DNA of 64,000 bases from positions 81,984 through 145,983 of the forward strand of contig RDEW01000065.1 in NCBI GenBank assembly GCA_011109175.1, read 5' to 3'. Made by a program: the position numbers and the translations under genes. This stretch comes from Dicyema japonicum. Taxonomy: Eukaryota; Animalia; Dicyemida. Each line of letters starts with the position of its first letter. Within the stretch, counting starts at the first letter, position 1. Of this stretch, positions 38,171 through 50,846 are shown in pieces. The notes beneath the pieces are model-generated. The model was given only the letters and a program-made list of their open reading frames with translations. It made no database searches and had not been told where the DNA came from.

Positions 38171-39803
38171 ATAACAAACTTGAAAATATAAGAGATGATT
38201 TTATGACTGAGCAAGAAATTTTAAAAAGGAGGAAGGGTCCAGGTGTGGAGTACCCTCCAGAAAACTCCTTAACTCTTTTGTTAATAAATCGTTATTATCA
38301 TTATTATTATCGTTATTACTGAGCTTGTTTATCAACCAGAGTTAACAGAGAGCTACCGAGAAACTCTGACTCATCTACTGGTTGTATCGGCGAATGTCTC
38401 ACTAAGAGTTTCCTGGTACCATACAAAGAGCATTATTATTGAAACAGCTTGAAAATATCTTGGCACAAGAGAGAAGACTAGGATGTGCCTGATGCCGTTT
38501 CACTTAGAGGTTGCAAATTTGAGAGGAACATAAAGAAGTACGTTAGAGAAAATCAATTGGAGTGATGTGTTAGACATGGCAGAGCAAAAATAAATAAACT
38601 GAACTAGAAGCTTTTTCTATTATCAGAGATAAATAAAGTTATCATGCTAAAGGATAATTCACAAATGTACAATCAAACCGAAGAGAATCATTAGTTATCA
38701 AAGATGGGAGTGGAAAATTAATATTGAGAGTAACAAGCCGATCTTTCGAGGAGCTTTTCAATGTTAATACTTCATCTATTTGATGGAATGCCAAGACCTT
38801 TAGAGGTTAATTCTCATTAAGAAATCAAAATGGACTGCCGCAACTAGGAACCCTGGACCAGATAATATTAACCCAGAATTGTTAAACTAGGAGGTTGAGT
38901 GCCTATACGACAAAATGCTAGTAAGTGGTATGTTTCCACCAATCTCGTTTGCATTTAGAATAACTGTTGACTTTTCTTCCGGAAATTCACTTTCCCGTCA
39001 ATCTATTTTTTGTACGGCCGCAATCTTCTTGGAATTGGTTCAAAAGGTGAATGGGCCCCAGGAAGCATACGAATAGGAAATGGATGGTTCAAAGTACCGC
39101 TTGTATACATATAATTCAGGAATGGATGGTTTCCGGGCTTCCATAACCTCTGAGAGGCTTTTCAATAAGATTAGACTTTCTTTCGTTACGACGGTTAGGT
39201 GATATTGTAATCTTGCAAACATTATGTTTAGACCACGTGAGGTAAAGACAACGTCGTCTGCATGAAATATCATTTATTGTCTGAACATTTTGGATAGTAG
39301 CAGGTTTTATCCACCTCCCACGGTCGGAATTTCATCAATATTCGACATCGTAGGGACTCCTCCACTGGATTAGGGATCTTTTTTGGATGCAGACTAGGCA
39401 TTGAGAGTCTCCTGAGTTAGGTGGATCCCATGACGACTCTTAATTAATGAGGAAGTTAAAAAACAGAAAGGAAGCATTCGACTAAATAGTTAGGTACGGG
39501 AATCTTACTCACAACCGACAAACACTAACCACAACGCACATGGTCTACAATAATGAATTGTACAAAGTGGAAATAATGACAGAGAAATGGTCTATGGACA
39601 AAAAGAACATGACGCCAACAAACTTGGAGATCCTATTCAGAAGGAATAATCCAAATTGACCTGGAGACAACCCGACTCCAAGGAGCTTGATTATGATCAG
39701 GGAGAAGTACCGAGCCGAGAGCCTGGATTAAATTAGTCGAGTAAGTGACAAAAATAATATGAAATCAAAATTGTTGTTGAAATAAAATATTAGAAATAAT
39801 TTA

Positions 39804-40259
39804 TTAATGAATGGAAAATTTATGAGGCAGACTAGACAAAACTTCTATATCATGGAATCTGACTGTCCCATCCATTCCACTTGAAGTAAGAACGCCAGGA
39901 GGCCAAAACTGAATTTCAGTAATCCCAATATGACGTTTAAGCATGAAATTACGAAAATGCATTCCATTAAATGAAATCACTAAATTATAGTCTGCCATTC
40001 TATAAATCTACCATTAGTCACAAATAATCACTCGTATATTGACCAGACTGCAGCCAATTGCGAAGTAGTCTTCATTTTGGTGTATGGCAAAACAAGTGAT
40101 GTGTCCTTTATCTATCCTCACCAATGAAAGCTGTTCCCGTGATCTTGAGTCCAAAATATACAATCCATCAGAGTTGTGAGCTGCCAGCAAGTAATTGTGC
40201 TGTGCGGTGTTCTTCACCTGGTTGAATACTCCATAATTATTCTTCAAAACTAAGAACAT
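39804..40259 (-). CDS. WD40-repeat protein fragment (TBL3/UTP13- or PWP2-like N-terminus), possibly a truncated copy
   Basis: GHITCFAIHQNEDYFAIGCSLVNIR, a 24-nt intron, then IYRMADYNLVISF..ITEIQF..TSSGMDGTVRFHDI. Flanked by RT debris and much shorter than a full ortholog. Confidence 0.55.
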
Positions 40260-41038
40260 AACTTATAAGTCAACGTGTTTGTACGGCTTCTGAGGTATCA
40301 ACAGGTCCCACGTGAACAGAACAGTACAATCATTCGAATTGCCGACAAAAATCATAGTGCTGGAATTCAAAAAATAGTCGAAGACATCCTAGACTTTGAA
40401 ATTGAATTTTTCATCCATTCATAATGTCTGTCCATAGTAGTTTGCAAATTCTTCGTAGCTGTCGTAACACATCCTTGCAAGCATATATTATGTCATTGGC
40501 ACAAGCAAGAGTTATCGAATTTTCGTCCGAATCAATTGGAATATCTTGCAATAATAAGTTAAAAGGGATGGTGATAAGGGGGAACCCTGAGGCACGCCGT
40601 TTGGAAAATTTTTTGAGACCAATTGCCAGGATTTATTCGAATTTTCCTCTTCTATTCCAGAGCCAATTTTATCGAAATGAAATTCAATACTTCATTTGCT
40701 TTTTTATATCTCTAATATTTGCATTCTGTAAATTCTTCGATTTCAATCGTGAATATCCGTATTAGATTATATTTCTTATGTTCACATTTACTAAAGGTGT
40801 GCTAGTACCCAATTTTTTTAGAATTTGAAAACAATTTTTGATTGTTTTAGGGGAAATAATTTGTCTATTAAAGTGGACTTTGAATATTTTAATTATTCCC
40901 AAAAAGAAAATGAATCATCTATTTAAGAAATTTGGAGAAACATGCAACGTGCTTTTGATTCGGTGGCGTTAAAACTCTCGAGTTGGCAAAAATGTCGAAA
41001 GGAAAAAAGGAGAAGGGTCACTTGCGTTACCTGATGGT

Positions 41039-41973
41039 ATGAATGTAATTCTTTCCATATCCGAGAGCGTTGTGGCAGATGACCCAAAAGAATGGGCGAG
41101 GCAGGTAGTCCTGCAGGTACGTAGCAGGCTATCTCGAATACCCTTGAATGGTTGGCCATACTTGGCAGAGCTCTGCAGTGGCAGATTCAGTACTGCTATA
41201 TCTGTGAGTGAACTTAAGAAAATGGCTGTAGGCAAAGAGGGTACTGGTCTAAAGGGGCGGGACCAGGTGACCACAACTGTCAAAGAGAGCACGAGCACCA
41301 GAGTTGTGATACGTTGCAGCTCAAGCATGTTTATGAGGTCTTCGCGCGAAATCTCGTTGCAGCGGCAGATGTCCCACTTGAGGACCGTAGATTTACCCGC
41401 AAGATTCCTCATTGTAAGGTTAACGGTGTAGTGTTAACCTGCATCAATAAGGCTGTGACTTATGCGGTGGAGGCTAAGCCAGTATGGTCACTAGGTGACA
41501 TCTCCCTAGTGCTGTATGCAGCACAGATCACCTATGAGGAATTTACGGACAAGCCCAGACCACCCAGTAAATGGAGGGAGCAGATCTGTGCCAAGATTGC
41601 TTGGAGACAGACTGAGCTGGAAGCACTGGAGGGGCACATAAGTAGTGTGGCGAGAGGGTTAGAGGAAAAGCACCGCCTATAGTAAAGGGGCTAATTAGTA
41701 AACCGTGTTCTCAAATGGGACCTCAAAGAGTTGAGGAGGGAAAAGGTGGAGTTAGAGGGGGCAATAATGGTGTATAAGAGGAAACTCTATACACATGAAA
41801 ATCGATGTAAGAGAGAGAAAATAATCTGTCTGAGTTTAATCGCAGATTATTTTACCGTCGCTTACACGAAAATGGCCATAGTGTATGTTCCCAGCAGGAC
41901 GCGGAAATGCTTTCCACATGGGGTAGTATGTTTCACGATGTTTGATGCAGGGAGAACATCGGAGAGCATATAG
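41039..41973 (+). mobile_element. R4/Dong-like element N-terminal part
   Basis: LYAAQITY..PSKWREQI..KI and YTHENR motifs typical of the R4-clade region preceding the RT. Confidence 0.6.
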
Positions 41974-41989
41974 GAGTTTGGGCAAACCG

Positions 41990-43650
41990 ATGCTATTCTT
42001 CAAAAGGAAGAACGCTGTATGACCATCGAGTAATGAGAGATTCTTCGTGACTCATCCTTTTTTGTTAGTAGATGGCTCCGCAGTTCCTTTTCGTCAAGTG
42101 GGCACCCAGGAAAATATGTCCTGGGTACGAAAGTAATTCCAGGTAGTACCGAGTTGAAAGACTCGACCACGTTGATAAAATCAAAATCCGAGTATGTGAT
42201 GTTTACTAGCTTCGATTTCTTTATATTTGTCTCAACTCCGAGGTTTCGTTGTGCCGGCACGGGATGTGACAGCAGTTCATAAACTTTTTTCCACAACCCT
42301 CCAATTGTGACGTCATCACGATACCAGAGGTTCAGTTCCGCGTTGATAGAGCGAACAATTTCATCGATGGCCAGAGCAAAGAGAAGTGGATCAAGTGGGT
42401 CCCCTTTTTGGACTCCAGTTTCCGAATAGATAATCTTGTCCCCGAAAACCAGTGAAGAATTGGTTCCGTAAGCGAGATAGACAAATGGAATAAGTTCCGG
42501 GGCTCGTTTGCTAGTAGTTTCGAGAATTTGATCCCTCCGCAGTGAATTGAAGGCATTGCAGATGTCAAACCTGATTCCCATATTTGGATTTTGTTCGTTT
42601 TTCTGTCCAAAAAACACTTCGCAGCATGCACTGCCGCCTCGCATCTGTTCTTACACCAACCCCCAGTTGGAGGGGGAAATTCTTCAGATATTTTCGGACA
42701 GACGATACTGCATGCGATTTTCGCTGTCAGTCTTCTGAAATAGTTGTCGACCGCAATGGGGCGGTCCCCACCTTCGGGTTTTTTGAAGGCTAGTAGATGT
42801 GCACAAAAAAGAAGTTTCCTTGCGTGGGGAGGAATATCTCCTTTCAAAATACGCATAACCAGTTTTGTAATTGATTTGACAAAGTTGCAGCCAGCTTCTG
42901 CAGTACCCTCCGCCGTAAGATCCTTGATGTGAGCAGGCCGCAAGCCATCGATACCTCCACTGCTACTCGCCGCAAACGACGAAATGCCGCGTCGCACTTC
43001 GCCTTCGGTGACGGTCATCCTTGACAAATTTCCCGGAAGCACGAATGGGCGGTAATCTGCCGGAGGACATGGATGTTTTCGTCTGAGTATTTCCAGCACC
43101 TTAGGTGTCGCAGCCATAACAGTTTCGTCGCTGGCGACGACGCGCAACGCCGCTCGGACGTCGCCTTGGAATAGTTTGCGGTTCACTCTCTCTCCAAGTT
43201 TGTCCGGGCCATTCAAATAAACAAGAATGTCTTGATTTCATGACTTCCGTCTTGGTGAGAGAATGCACATAGAAAAGCTGGATGTTCTTCATTTTTTAGG
43301 AAAGGGAGTTCCCAAGTGTCGTGCTTTCTCCTGTATTCCGTTGATCTCCTTTTGAGACAATAAATGGAATTCCAAGGGCCATCGGGGCAAAACTGAGGAG
43401 TTTTAGCCAGGCCTCCAGGTCGTCGGATGTGAGAGCATCGTAAATTGCAGAGGCCAGGCATGTAGCCGCGGGGATCCGGACGGGTCTTGGGATCGTCCTG
43501 GCTTTTCTTAGATCCGACAAGAAGAACAAGAGGTTGTCCATATCATTGAAGTCTAGAGGCTCATTTAATTCGACGTACTCGTTTGGAATGATCTGGATCA
43601 GATAATTTGGACGCGTCTATGTCTGAGATTCCCCAAGAACTCTGTAACAC
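41990..43650 (-). mobile_element. CRE-clade non-LTR retrotransposon, decayed
   Basis: GDVRAALR, SSGGIDGLRPAH, KPEGGDRPIAV, DICNAFNSLRR, GVQKGDPLDP and WYRDD. Confidence 0.88.
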
Positions 43651-44196
43651 AACGAGATTGGAAAAACTATTTAACAACCTAGGATTACCGGAAAGAGGTT
43701 AAGAGTTAATTAACGTCTCCATATAGTCGGAGTCAAATCCATCCTGTCCAAGGATCACGTCCATCCATATCATTCATTGTGGGAACCTCTTCAGTAAAGT
43801 AGGGAATATTTAGATTCTTTTTAGATGTCTACCAGGCATTGTCCTGAGATAGGTGGATCAACTGATGCCTCTTATGGTTTAATGAAGACACAGAGCAAAT
43901 GGAATCCGTCGACCAGGGAATCGAACCACAGCTAATTGCGACTCACAGACATCCATTTTATTTACCCCCATCCCTTCAAGTAAAAGAAAGCGGTCGGGAG
44001 CAGAAAGTAACTGCCAAAAGCGAACGCTTCCAAAGTATGTGTGGTGTGGCGGAGATATCCAAGGATGAGACAAGAGGTGGTCCTTAGTATGGATTTGAAG
44101 TAAATTGATATTTTATTAAAGTATTCAGCGAATAAATTGACATTTTATTTGTTAAATTAATTATCGAAATATTTGAATAAAGTAGACTACTGTGTG

Positions 44197-44590
44197 ATGG
44201 ATGATTCTTTGGACACAGTCAACTACGGCGAGTATTTTACAAAATTCGCTACAGAATCCACTAACTCTATTAAGGAGCAGTTCAATCTCGTCAGAACGAC
44301 CCAAGAACATCTCGATTCGACGATAGACAGCCTTATCTCCCAAATTTGTGTAGCAGAATCCAAGATTTCATCACTGATCAATGTTGAATCGTACGCCAAG
44401 CGACTTTCGGCTTGTAAACGAAGAATTTTGTCAGTGAATACTACTGTTAGGAATATTAATGTATTTCTGTCCCTTATTTCAGAGTAGATTACGCCGAATG
44501 GAGTCGACTGTGATAGAACTTGTCAATGCTAAGAGGCTTGAGGTGAATGAGATTGATGCTAAACTCACCTCGTTGGAAAATTTAAAATAA
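44197..44590 (+). CDS. SNAPIN: SNAPIN / BLOC-1 subunit 7, 123 aa
   Basis: Exons 44197-44460 and 44483-44590 (22-nt intron). VESYAKRLSACKRRILSVNTTVRNIN-SRLRRME matches the SNAPIN pattern YVKKLxxARRRVxxVNxxLQxxQxRLRRL. Confidence 0.75.
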
Positions 44591-44621
44591 ATTGTTATTT
44601 TTTTATTTTCGATAATTATTT

Positions 44622-47390
44622 TTTCGTTGAGGTGGTGACGTGCCTCTATTACACAAATGTCTGAAACGCACTTAAAGCGCTTGGAGGAGCTTAAAATAAC
44701 ATCTTTCAATCTAAGAGGGATCAGCAAGGAGTGGAAAAGAAACCTGTTATGTTCGGATCTGGAGAGATATGGTGCAGACGTGAGATGCCTACAAGAGACA
44801 AAAGTACATGGAGACTATAGACTCATTTTACTACCATCGTCATCAAGACACTATGCACATGGGATTGCTGTGCACAAGAAACTAGTTCGTGGGATACATC
44901 GGTGTGGGAAGACACGGAAGAGGGATCAGGAACCTGCCGGGGGTTGTTCTGATAAATTTCTCCCGGGCATTTGGTCTATTCCTGTGTAACACTGCGTTTT
45001 CGCATGCTGCACGACAGAAACTAAAAATTCAGGATAACAAAGGGAATATGATTTTTGACGCTACGGAACAACCCGAACTTATTTTTTGAACGAATCTTTG
45101 ACGGGGAAAGGTGGACCTAATCACTGGTAATGCAGGAAATCTTGTAAATGAAATCACGGTGAGCAGTTATGAAAGCAATAGAGAGACTGAAGTGTAATCG
45201 CTCGTCAGGACCGGATGACATAAGTGCTGAGTTACTGATGTATGGCCCCAAAACCCTGGTGAAAATCGTGGTCAAAGTATTATGTCACATGGGCCAAGCG
45301 TTACCTATGGGCAGCCTGTTACATTAACCTTGAACCAAGATTAACTTCAATTAATTATATAAATGATTTATTAACCATAAAAAATTAAATTTAAGTAACT
45401 TTTTTTAGTCTACTCATTAATACAGTCGATATTTCTCCTTTCGAATTTTTTATCTATCAAATTAAACTATTTAAAACTACCTCCACGCGATTATTCGATA
45501 AAATATTAATTATTTCTGCAACTGGATAATACTGAGACTCAAACTTATCCAGTCGCAATAAGGGATTTGTTTCAAAGTCCTTTTTAGCCCGAACCTATTT
45601 ATTAATGTTTTTGATTCATACTTTATCTCCCATGTTAAAAGTATATTTACTATTATGAACATTCATTTTCCTGTTCATAGCTTTGTAATAATTCAAATTT
45701 TCTTCAATCGATTTAATTTCGAAATTCGGACACAAATTATCTGACTGGGAATTATCTAGATATAAATTTTTTAAATCAAACTACGTGAATTTTCAATAGA
45801 TTATGGAGTCGAACAATTAACCAAATCGTCAATTTGTTCTGGAATCGCACACTCATCACTTAAATTATCTAAGTCATAATGTGATATAAGCATAACCATT
45901 AATTATTGAATTTATTCCCTTAATTCCTCGATATCTTTCGAAAGGACTTTCGTTAGAAAATGAATGGACCGATATGTTGTAACTGTAGACAGCACTTTCT
46001 AATTCATCAAGCCACTTTTTTTCACTGTTATCCAGCATTTTTGACAACTTCCTCGTGATCGTCTGATTCTTTCGACAATTCCTTGTGCTCGTGGATTGTT
46101 AGGCCTTCCGTGAATTTGCTTAATGTTAAAATCTCCGCAAAGTTTTGTTATTTCTTGATTTTTAAATTCAGAACCATTGTCCGACTGAAGAAATTTACAT
46201 GGCCCATTCAGGCGGAACAAAGATCTTAAGTTTTCACATACTTTGCAGACTTCACAATTTCGAATGACTTTTCTGATAATCTCATTCTTTACAGTGAAGT
46301 ATCTTTGTCGACATTCATACTCAATTTTATTGACTCCTCCGTGTGAAAACTCGTGCAACGATTTCGCAACATGCTCCATTTCGGTTTCATTATCCAGGGA
46401 TATGACTAACTTGGGATCAGTTGATTTAAGATAGTCTAAAATTATTGAAAATTTACAATACCTGTCATTGATAATAGAAAAATTCTCTATCTTCTTTACA
46501 AGCCTATATTTTCGGTGTCTCGGAAGATTTTCGGGAAATTTATCATGCAAAGCATCTTTTAAAGTTTGATATTCAACGCAATCTTTCACAAAACCCTTGT
46601 AAGAAGCCATTGCAACAAAATAATCTTCCATGCTATAAATCACGCTGGAAATCTAGGTTTACCGCTATAAAAAATAAAATCTTTATAATCATAACATTTA
46701 TGAATAAAAAACTAATTTAACAGAATTAAATCACGATATAAATCGGATATATAAAATTAAATGTCGGATAATCTAATGAGAGACTCATCCTCACCTTTGT
46801 CGGTCTGGGATCACTTAGTTAGATGAGAATTTTTATTTCTTTCTTTTGACCCAGTGATCCTGGGGGTAATAATAATAATAATGTCGGATAATCAAAAGAC
46901 CTTTTCAAGGTCGAAAAAATGTAACAGGCTGCCCATGCGTTACGCGCCGCCCATGTGACATATTAAACGAAATGTTTGCAACTAACGACCTTCTTCCGTT
47001 GGGCAAAGGAATTCTGGTGCCGATTCAAAAACCGAATAAAAGGGTGGGCCTGTGGAAAACCTGCGCCCAGTCATCCTACTCAATACGCTAAGAAAGGTCC
47101 TTGCTCTGGTGGTGCTGGATCGTGTGCAAGAGCCTGTGAATGAATTCCTGTTCTCGAGCCACAGTGGATTCAGGAAAGGCAGATCTACCGCTGATGTGGT
47201 CTGGGGGCATAAGTGGCGTTGTGCCACTTACCAAAGATTTGAGAGTGCGACTACAATTTTGGGGATCGACATGTTGAGAACTTTCGAGACAATTCGCCGA
47301 GGAAAGCTTTATTGCTGTTTTGCGGGATTCCTTAATAGAGATTCTGTCAGGATAATAGAAGTTTTATTGTCGAACACAGAACTAACGAGT
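44622..47390 (+). mobile_element. Decayed RTE element (5' end intact) interrupted by a Ginger-like transposon
   Basis: APE start MSETHLKRLEELKITSFNLRG..CLQETK. RT pieces SGPDDIS..VKVL and NEMFATN..LRPVILLN..SGFRKGRS join across 45283-46960. Confidence 0.85.
45283..46960 (-). mobile_element. Ginger2/TDD-like integrase-type DNA transposon, about 43-bp imperfect TIRs (TGTCACA..), 5-bp TSD TATTA
   Basis: TIRs TGTCACATGGGCCAAGCGTTACCTATGGGCAGCCTGTTACATT and an inverted copy ending at 46960. TSD at 45278-82 and 46961-65. HHCC zinc finger and LQSDNGSEF..QGIVER integrase core. Confidence 0.9.
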
Positions 47391-47452
47391 TATGAGTACG
47401 TCGTCCAGAAATTTTTCGTGTTGCAATCAATTCGATTACGTCAATTTTTAAT

Positions 47453-48770
47453 TTGTCTTTTAACAAGAACGTCATCCCATGCAAATGGAAGAACTCACTT
47501 ATAATACCCGTCCTAAAACCAGGAAAACCGAAAACCTTACCTTCTTCCTACCGTCCAATTTCATTAACGTGCGCATCATCGCGCCTAATGGAGAAACTCG
47601 TACTCTGGAAAATTACCCCCATTTGCCCGACTGTCACTTTTAACATGGTTTCAAATGTGAGCGTTCAACTACGACACACTTGATTTCACTGTCTCAATTT
47701 ATATCAGAAGGGTTCAACGAACCGAAACGCCATTTACGGACAATAGTGATTTCCCTGGACATACAGAAGGCGTCCGATTCTGTTCCGAGAACATTACTAA
47801 CAAAAAGGTTTTTGACACCACCATTCAGCCGACTTTGAAAAGATGGGTAGCCAATTTTATCTCCGGAAGAAGAGGACGTGTCTGTATAGGCCACGCAAGA
47901 TCGAGGTCCCGTCTCCTACCAAATGGCGTCCCTCAAGGTTCGCCCCTCTCTCCGGCGTTATTCAATTTATTCCTAAACGATTTACCCTGCCCTGGAGGAC
48001 CAGATTCAATGCTTCTCACATTTGCTGACGACCTAATTGTCGCTAGCAGGAACAAATTCGTGGGTATAGCAAAATCAGAGCTTCAGTCACATATTAATGA
48101 CCTGGGAGTTTGGTTGAATTTGAATCTTCTCTCCATATCCAGGGATAAATCAACGTATACAATCTTCACCACAGTCAGAAAAGAAAAACATACACTGGAT
48201 CTGAACATTTATGGAGACTCTTTACCATTACAGATTTATCCAACTACTCTGGGAGTGACTTTCGATTCTTTGATGACATTTTCTCGACATGTGAAGAACG
48301 TCATGACAAAGGGTCTCAGGAATCTAAATATAATCAAACCGCTTTTAAAGTCACGGGAATGCGCTGTCGTTTTGTTCAAAACCGACGGTAGAGTATGCTT
48401 GTGCCTCATGGGCCTATGGAGCTTCAATATCCAATTCATACAAGATCAACTCCCTAACAGGCAAACTTGCACGTCTAACATATTTACCTCCCGATCTTTT
48501 CCCCCAATGCTTGACCACTCCGCAATCAAAAATAACGTCTTCGGCTTCATCGGTCTGTGTGATCAAGAAGCAAGTCGTTTCTTCCATTCAAGGCTGGAGG
48601 CTTCAAATACACGAAATTTGGGGAAAAAACACACCCCTCTTCAAACTCTAATGAAAGATGATCGTCGTCTATTCAGGAAAGCCATGGGTACTCTGGAGGA
48701 ACATAGGAAAAACCTCTCGATCCTGTTGAGGCGTACCGGGATCACTTAATTAGTTGGTTTACTCCTTTTT
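47453..48770 (+). mobile_element. L2/Jockey-like RT and 3' end
   Basis: YRPISL, GVPQGSPLSP, FADD, LGVTFD; ends LLRRTGIT* followed by a TAGT tail. Confidence 0.9.
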
Positions 48771-49954
48771 TTGGTGTTCCCTTTTCGAAGTTATTAAATA
48801 AATAATAAGGAATTAGGAAACCCATACGGGGGACTACCAGTCTCTCCTAAAAGACAACTCGATTGAATTACTCGAGAAACATTTTGAAAGGCGGTGAGGT
48901 CGCTGACGGTCCACCTGAGGAGAGTGCCGGAGTCACTAGAAGCTGGGATCACTTAATTAACTCACTTTGGCACTTTCTTTCTTGGTATTCTATCTCCCCT
49001 ATAGCCTAACGGTGGAATCCTCATTCTATTTGCTGGCGACTTATCAGTTCGATCCCATCAGTTAGGGATACAAGTCATCGAGTCCAGTAAATACTGGAAT
49101 AGGTCCTCACCTTCATAGATTTTCTGAATGAGGAACGTCATGGATACCTAGTTAGGCTTAACGACTAGGCTTAGGTCATACAGCGCCCAGAGTTACCAAA
49201 TAATTTTTCGTGGATAAAATTGAACCTTTTAATTTTGACTTTCTTTCAGTCGAATGGGAATAATTAATTCTCCGTGAAATGTAAACTAACAAGTCCTTAA
49301 TAATTGTCTTCCAATTTTGTATTTTCCATAATATCATCATTTCTCCCCCATCTTACGGGTTTAATCAGGACTTTATTACTCATACACAGGAGCACGTCAA
49401 CATAACCTCATGATGGATGAAGTATAGTATGGATGGACGAAGTGGTGGACTCAGGAAACCTCGGAAAGTCGACGTTCTAAAGAAAGGAAATGCCTGTAGG
49501 ATCCGTGTTCGGGCCTCGTTAAGTCTAAAATTGTATTAACTGGAAGGATTAAGTAAATTACATTCTCATGCGACCCCCTAAGTTCATCCAGAACCAAGAA
49601 CACAACTACCTCTTATCCACCCAAAATTATAAATGCCAAGATTAACCCAATTAAGTTAATCCTCAATTATGATTAACTTCCATAACAAGCCTGATCTCTG
49701 TAATCTCGAAATCACCACTTTTGCCAAATAAAAATGCATAGAACTCAACTCCCCAAGAACTGGAGAAATTCCCTATTATCGACTTAATGTAGTGCCTGTC
49801 TCTACACGTGGTCGGAATCAAGGTTTAGACTCAACCTCCCGAAGGGTCGTTATGAGTTTTTCTACTAGCACTGATCGTTTGTGTAAAATTTTGAGAATAA
49901 ATTTATAAAAATTAAAAATGTTCGATCTCTTCAATGAGGATCTCTTCAAAATCA

Positions 49955-50790
49955 CTTAGACGTAAGTGGCTACTCCGGTTGAGTCATGTAAAATTTTTTG
50001 AAGTCGAGAACCATTCATTGGAGCTCGATCATGACAAAGCGATGATTCATAATAATGTCACTTGGGAAATATGACATTCTGGCCTGAATAGTGACTCCCG
50101 TGGCTTCACCACATCCGGTTAACAGAACGAGGATTTCAAATTGGGCGTTTTCATCCCAATTTATGATCAGTGTAAAGGGGACTTTCCTGAGTGATCAGGT
50201 GGGGGACAAGAACTGGGGTACAGAATTCAATATCTTGGGAGACGTTATCTTCCCCAACTTCCATGTTTATAGAATCGAACAAAACCGTCTCATTTTCGTC
50301 AGTCACAGTGGAATACAAATATTTGAGTACAACTTGGCAGTCAACTAGTCCGGTGGACTGCATATTGGCTGCCCTGAAAAGAGTCCCTCTGACATATTAC
50401 AGCATTTTTAGAGAACAAAATGGTTTGTGCCCGATTGTTATTTTTGGAGAATCTGTCATACATCATTCCAACCATCAGAACTTAAATAATGATTCCAATA
50501 CAGGACTGGAAGACCAAGACAACGTATGAACTGAAGCAGCTCTATTTAGTGTGACGATGCCCATTATCCGATGGTCCAGTCTCTTTTGAATAACTGATAC
50601 CAAAAGAACCCGAAAAAGAGCCAGGATATTATAAAGACGATGGAATATATGAGGCATACTTTCCACCAGGACAGATGTGTTGTAAATATCCTTTATTTTC
50701 CTGGTATACCCAGACATCCTCATTTTATATTTGGGTTCCTGTTCATCCATATTATATTTGTGTCCATCAGAAACCGTCAATCAACTTATA
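49955..50790 (-). pseudogene. Decayed second inward-rectifier K+ channel (Kir) paralog
   Basis: Frameshifted pieces: HLSWWKVCLIYSIVFIISWLFFGFFWY (M1), TIG-[frameshift]-GHR, VVLVFQSCIGIII*VLMVGMM..RAQTILFSKNAVIC (M2), TPVLVPHLITQESPLY, FEILVLLTGCGEATGVTIQARMSYF..IIMNHRF. Several stops; turret and pore helix deleted. Confidence 0.88.
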
Positions 50791-50846
50791 AGAATAGCGC
50801 TATGATAAACCGATAAAAATTAATTCTAAATACTCAATTAAATATG

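Noticed and set aside
40424-40765. 113-aa plus-strand ORF
   Set aside because: It is the antisense of an L2-like RT fragment (GVPQGSPLSP..FNLLL).
49955-50790. In-frame TAA/TAG in Kir-like and bHLH frames as evidence for stop-codon reassignment
   Set aside because: Intact genes end in TAA, TAG or TGA. The bHLH stops fall inside removable introns, and the Kir paralog also has frameshifts and a deletion, so it is a pseudogene.
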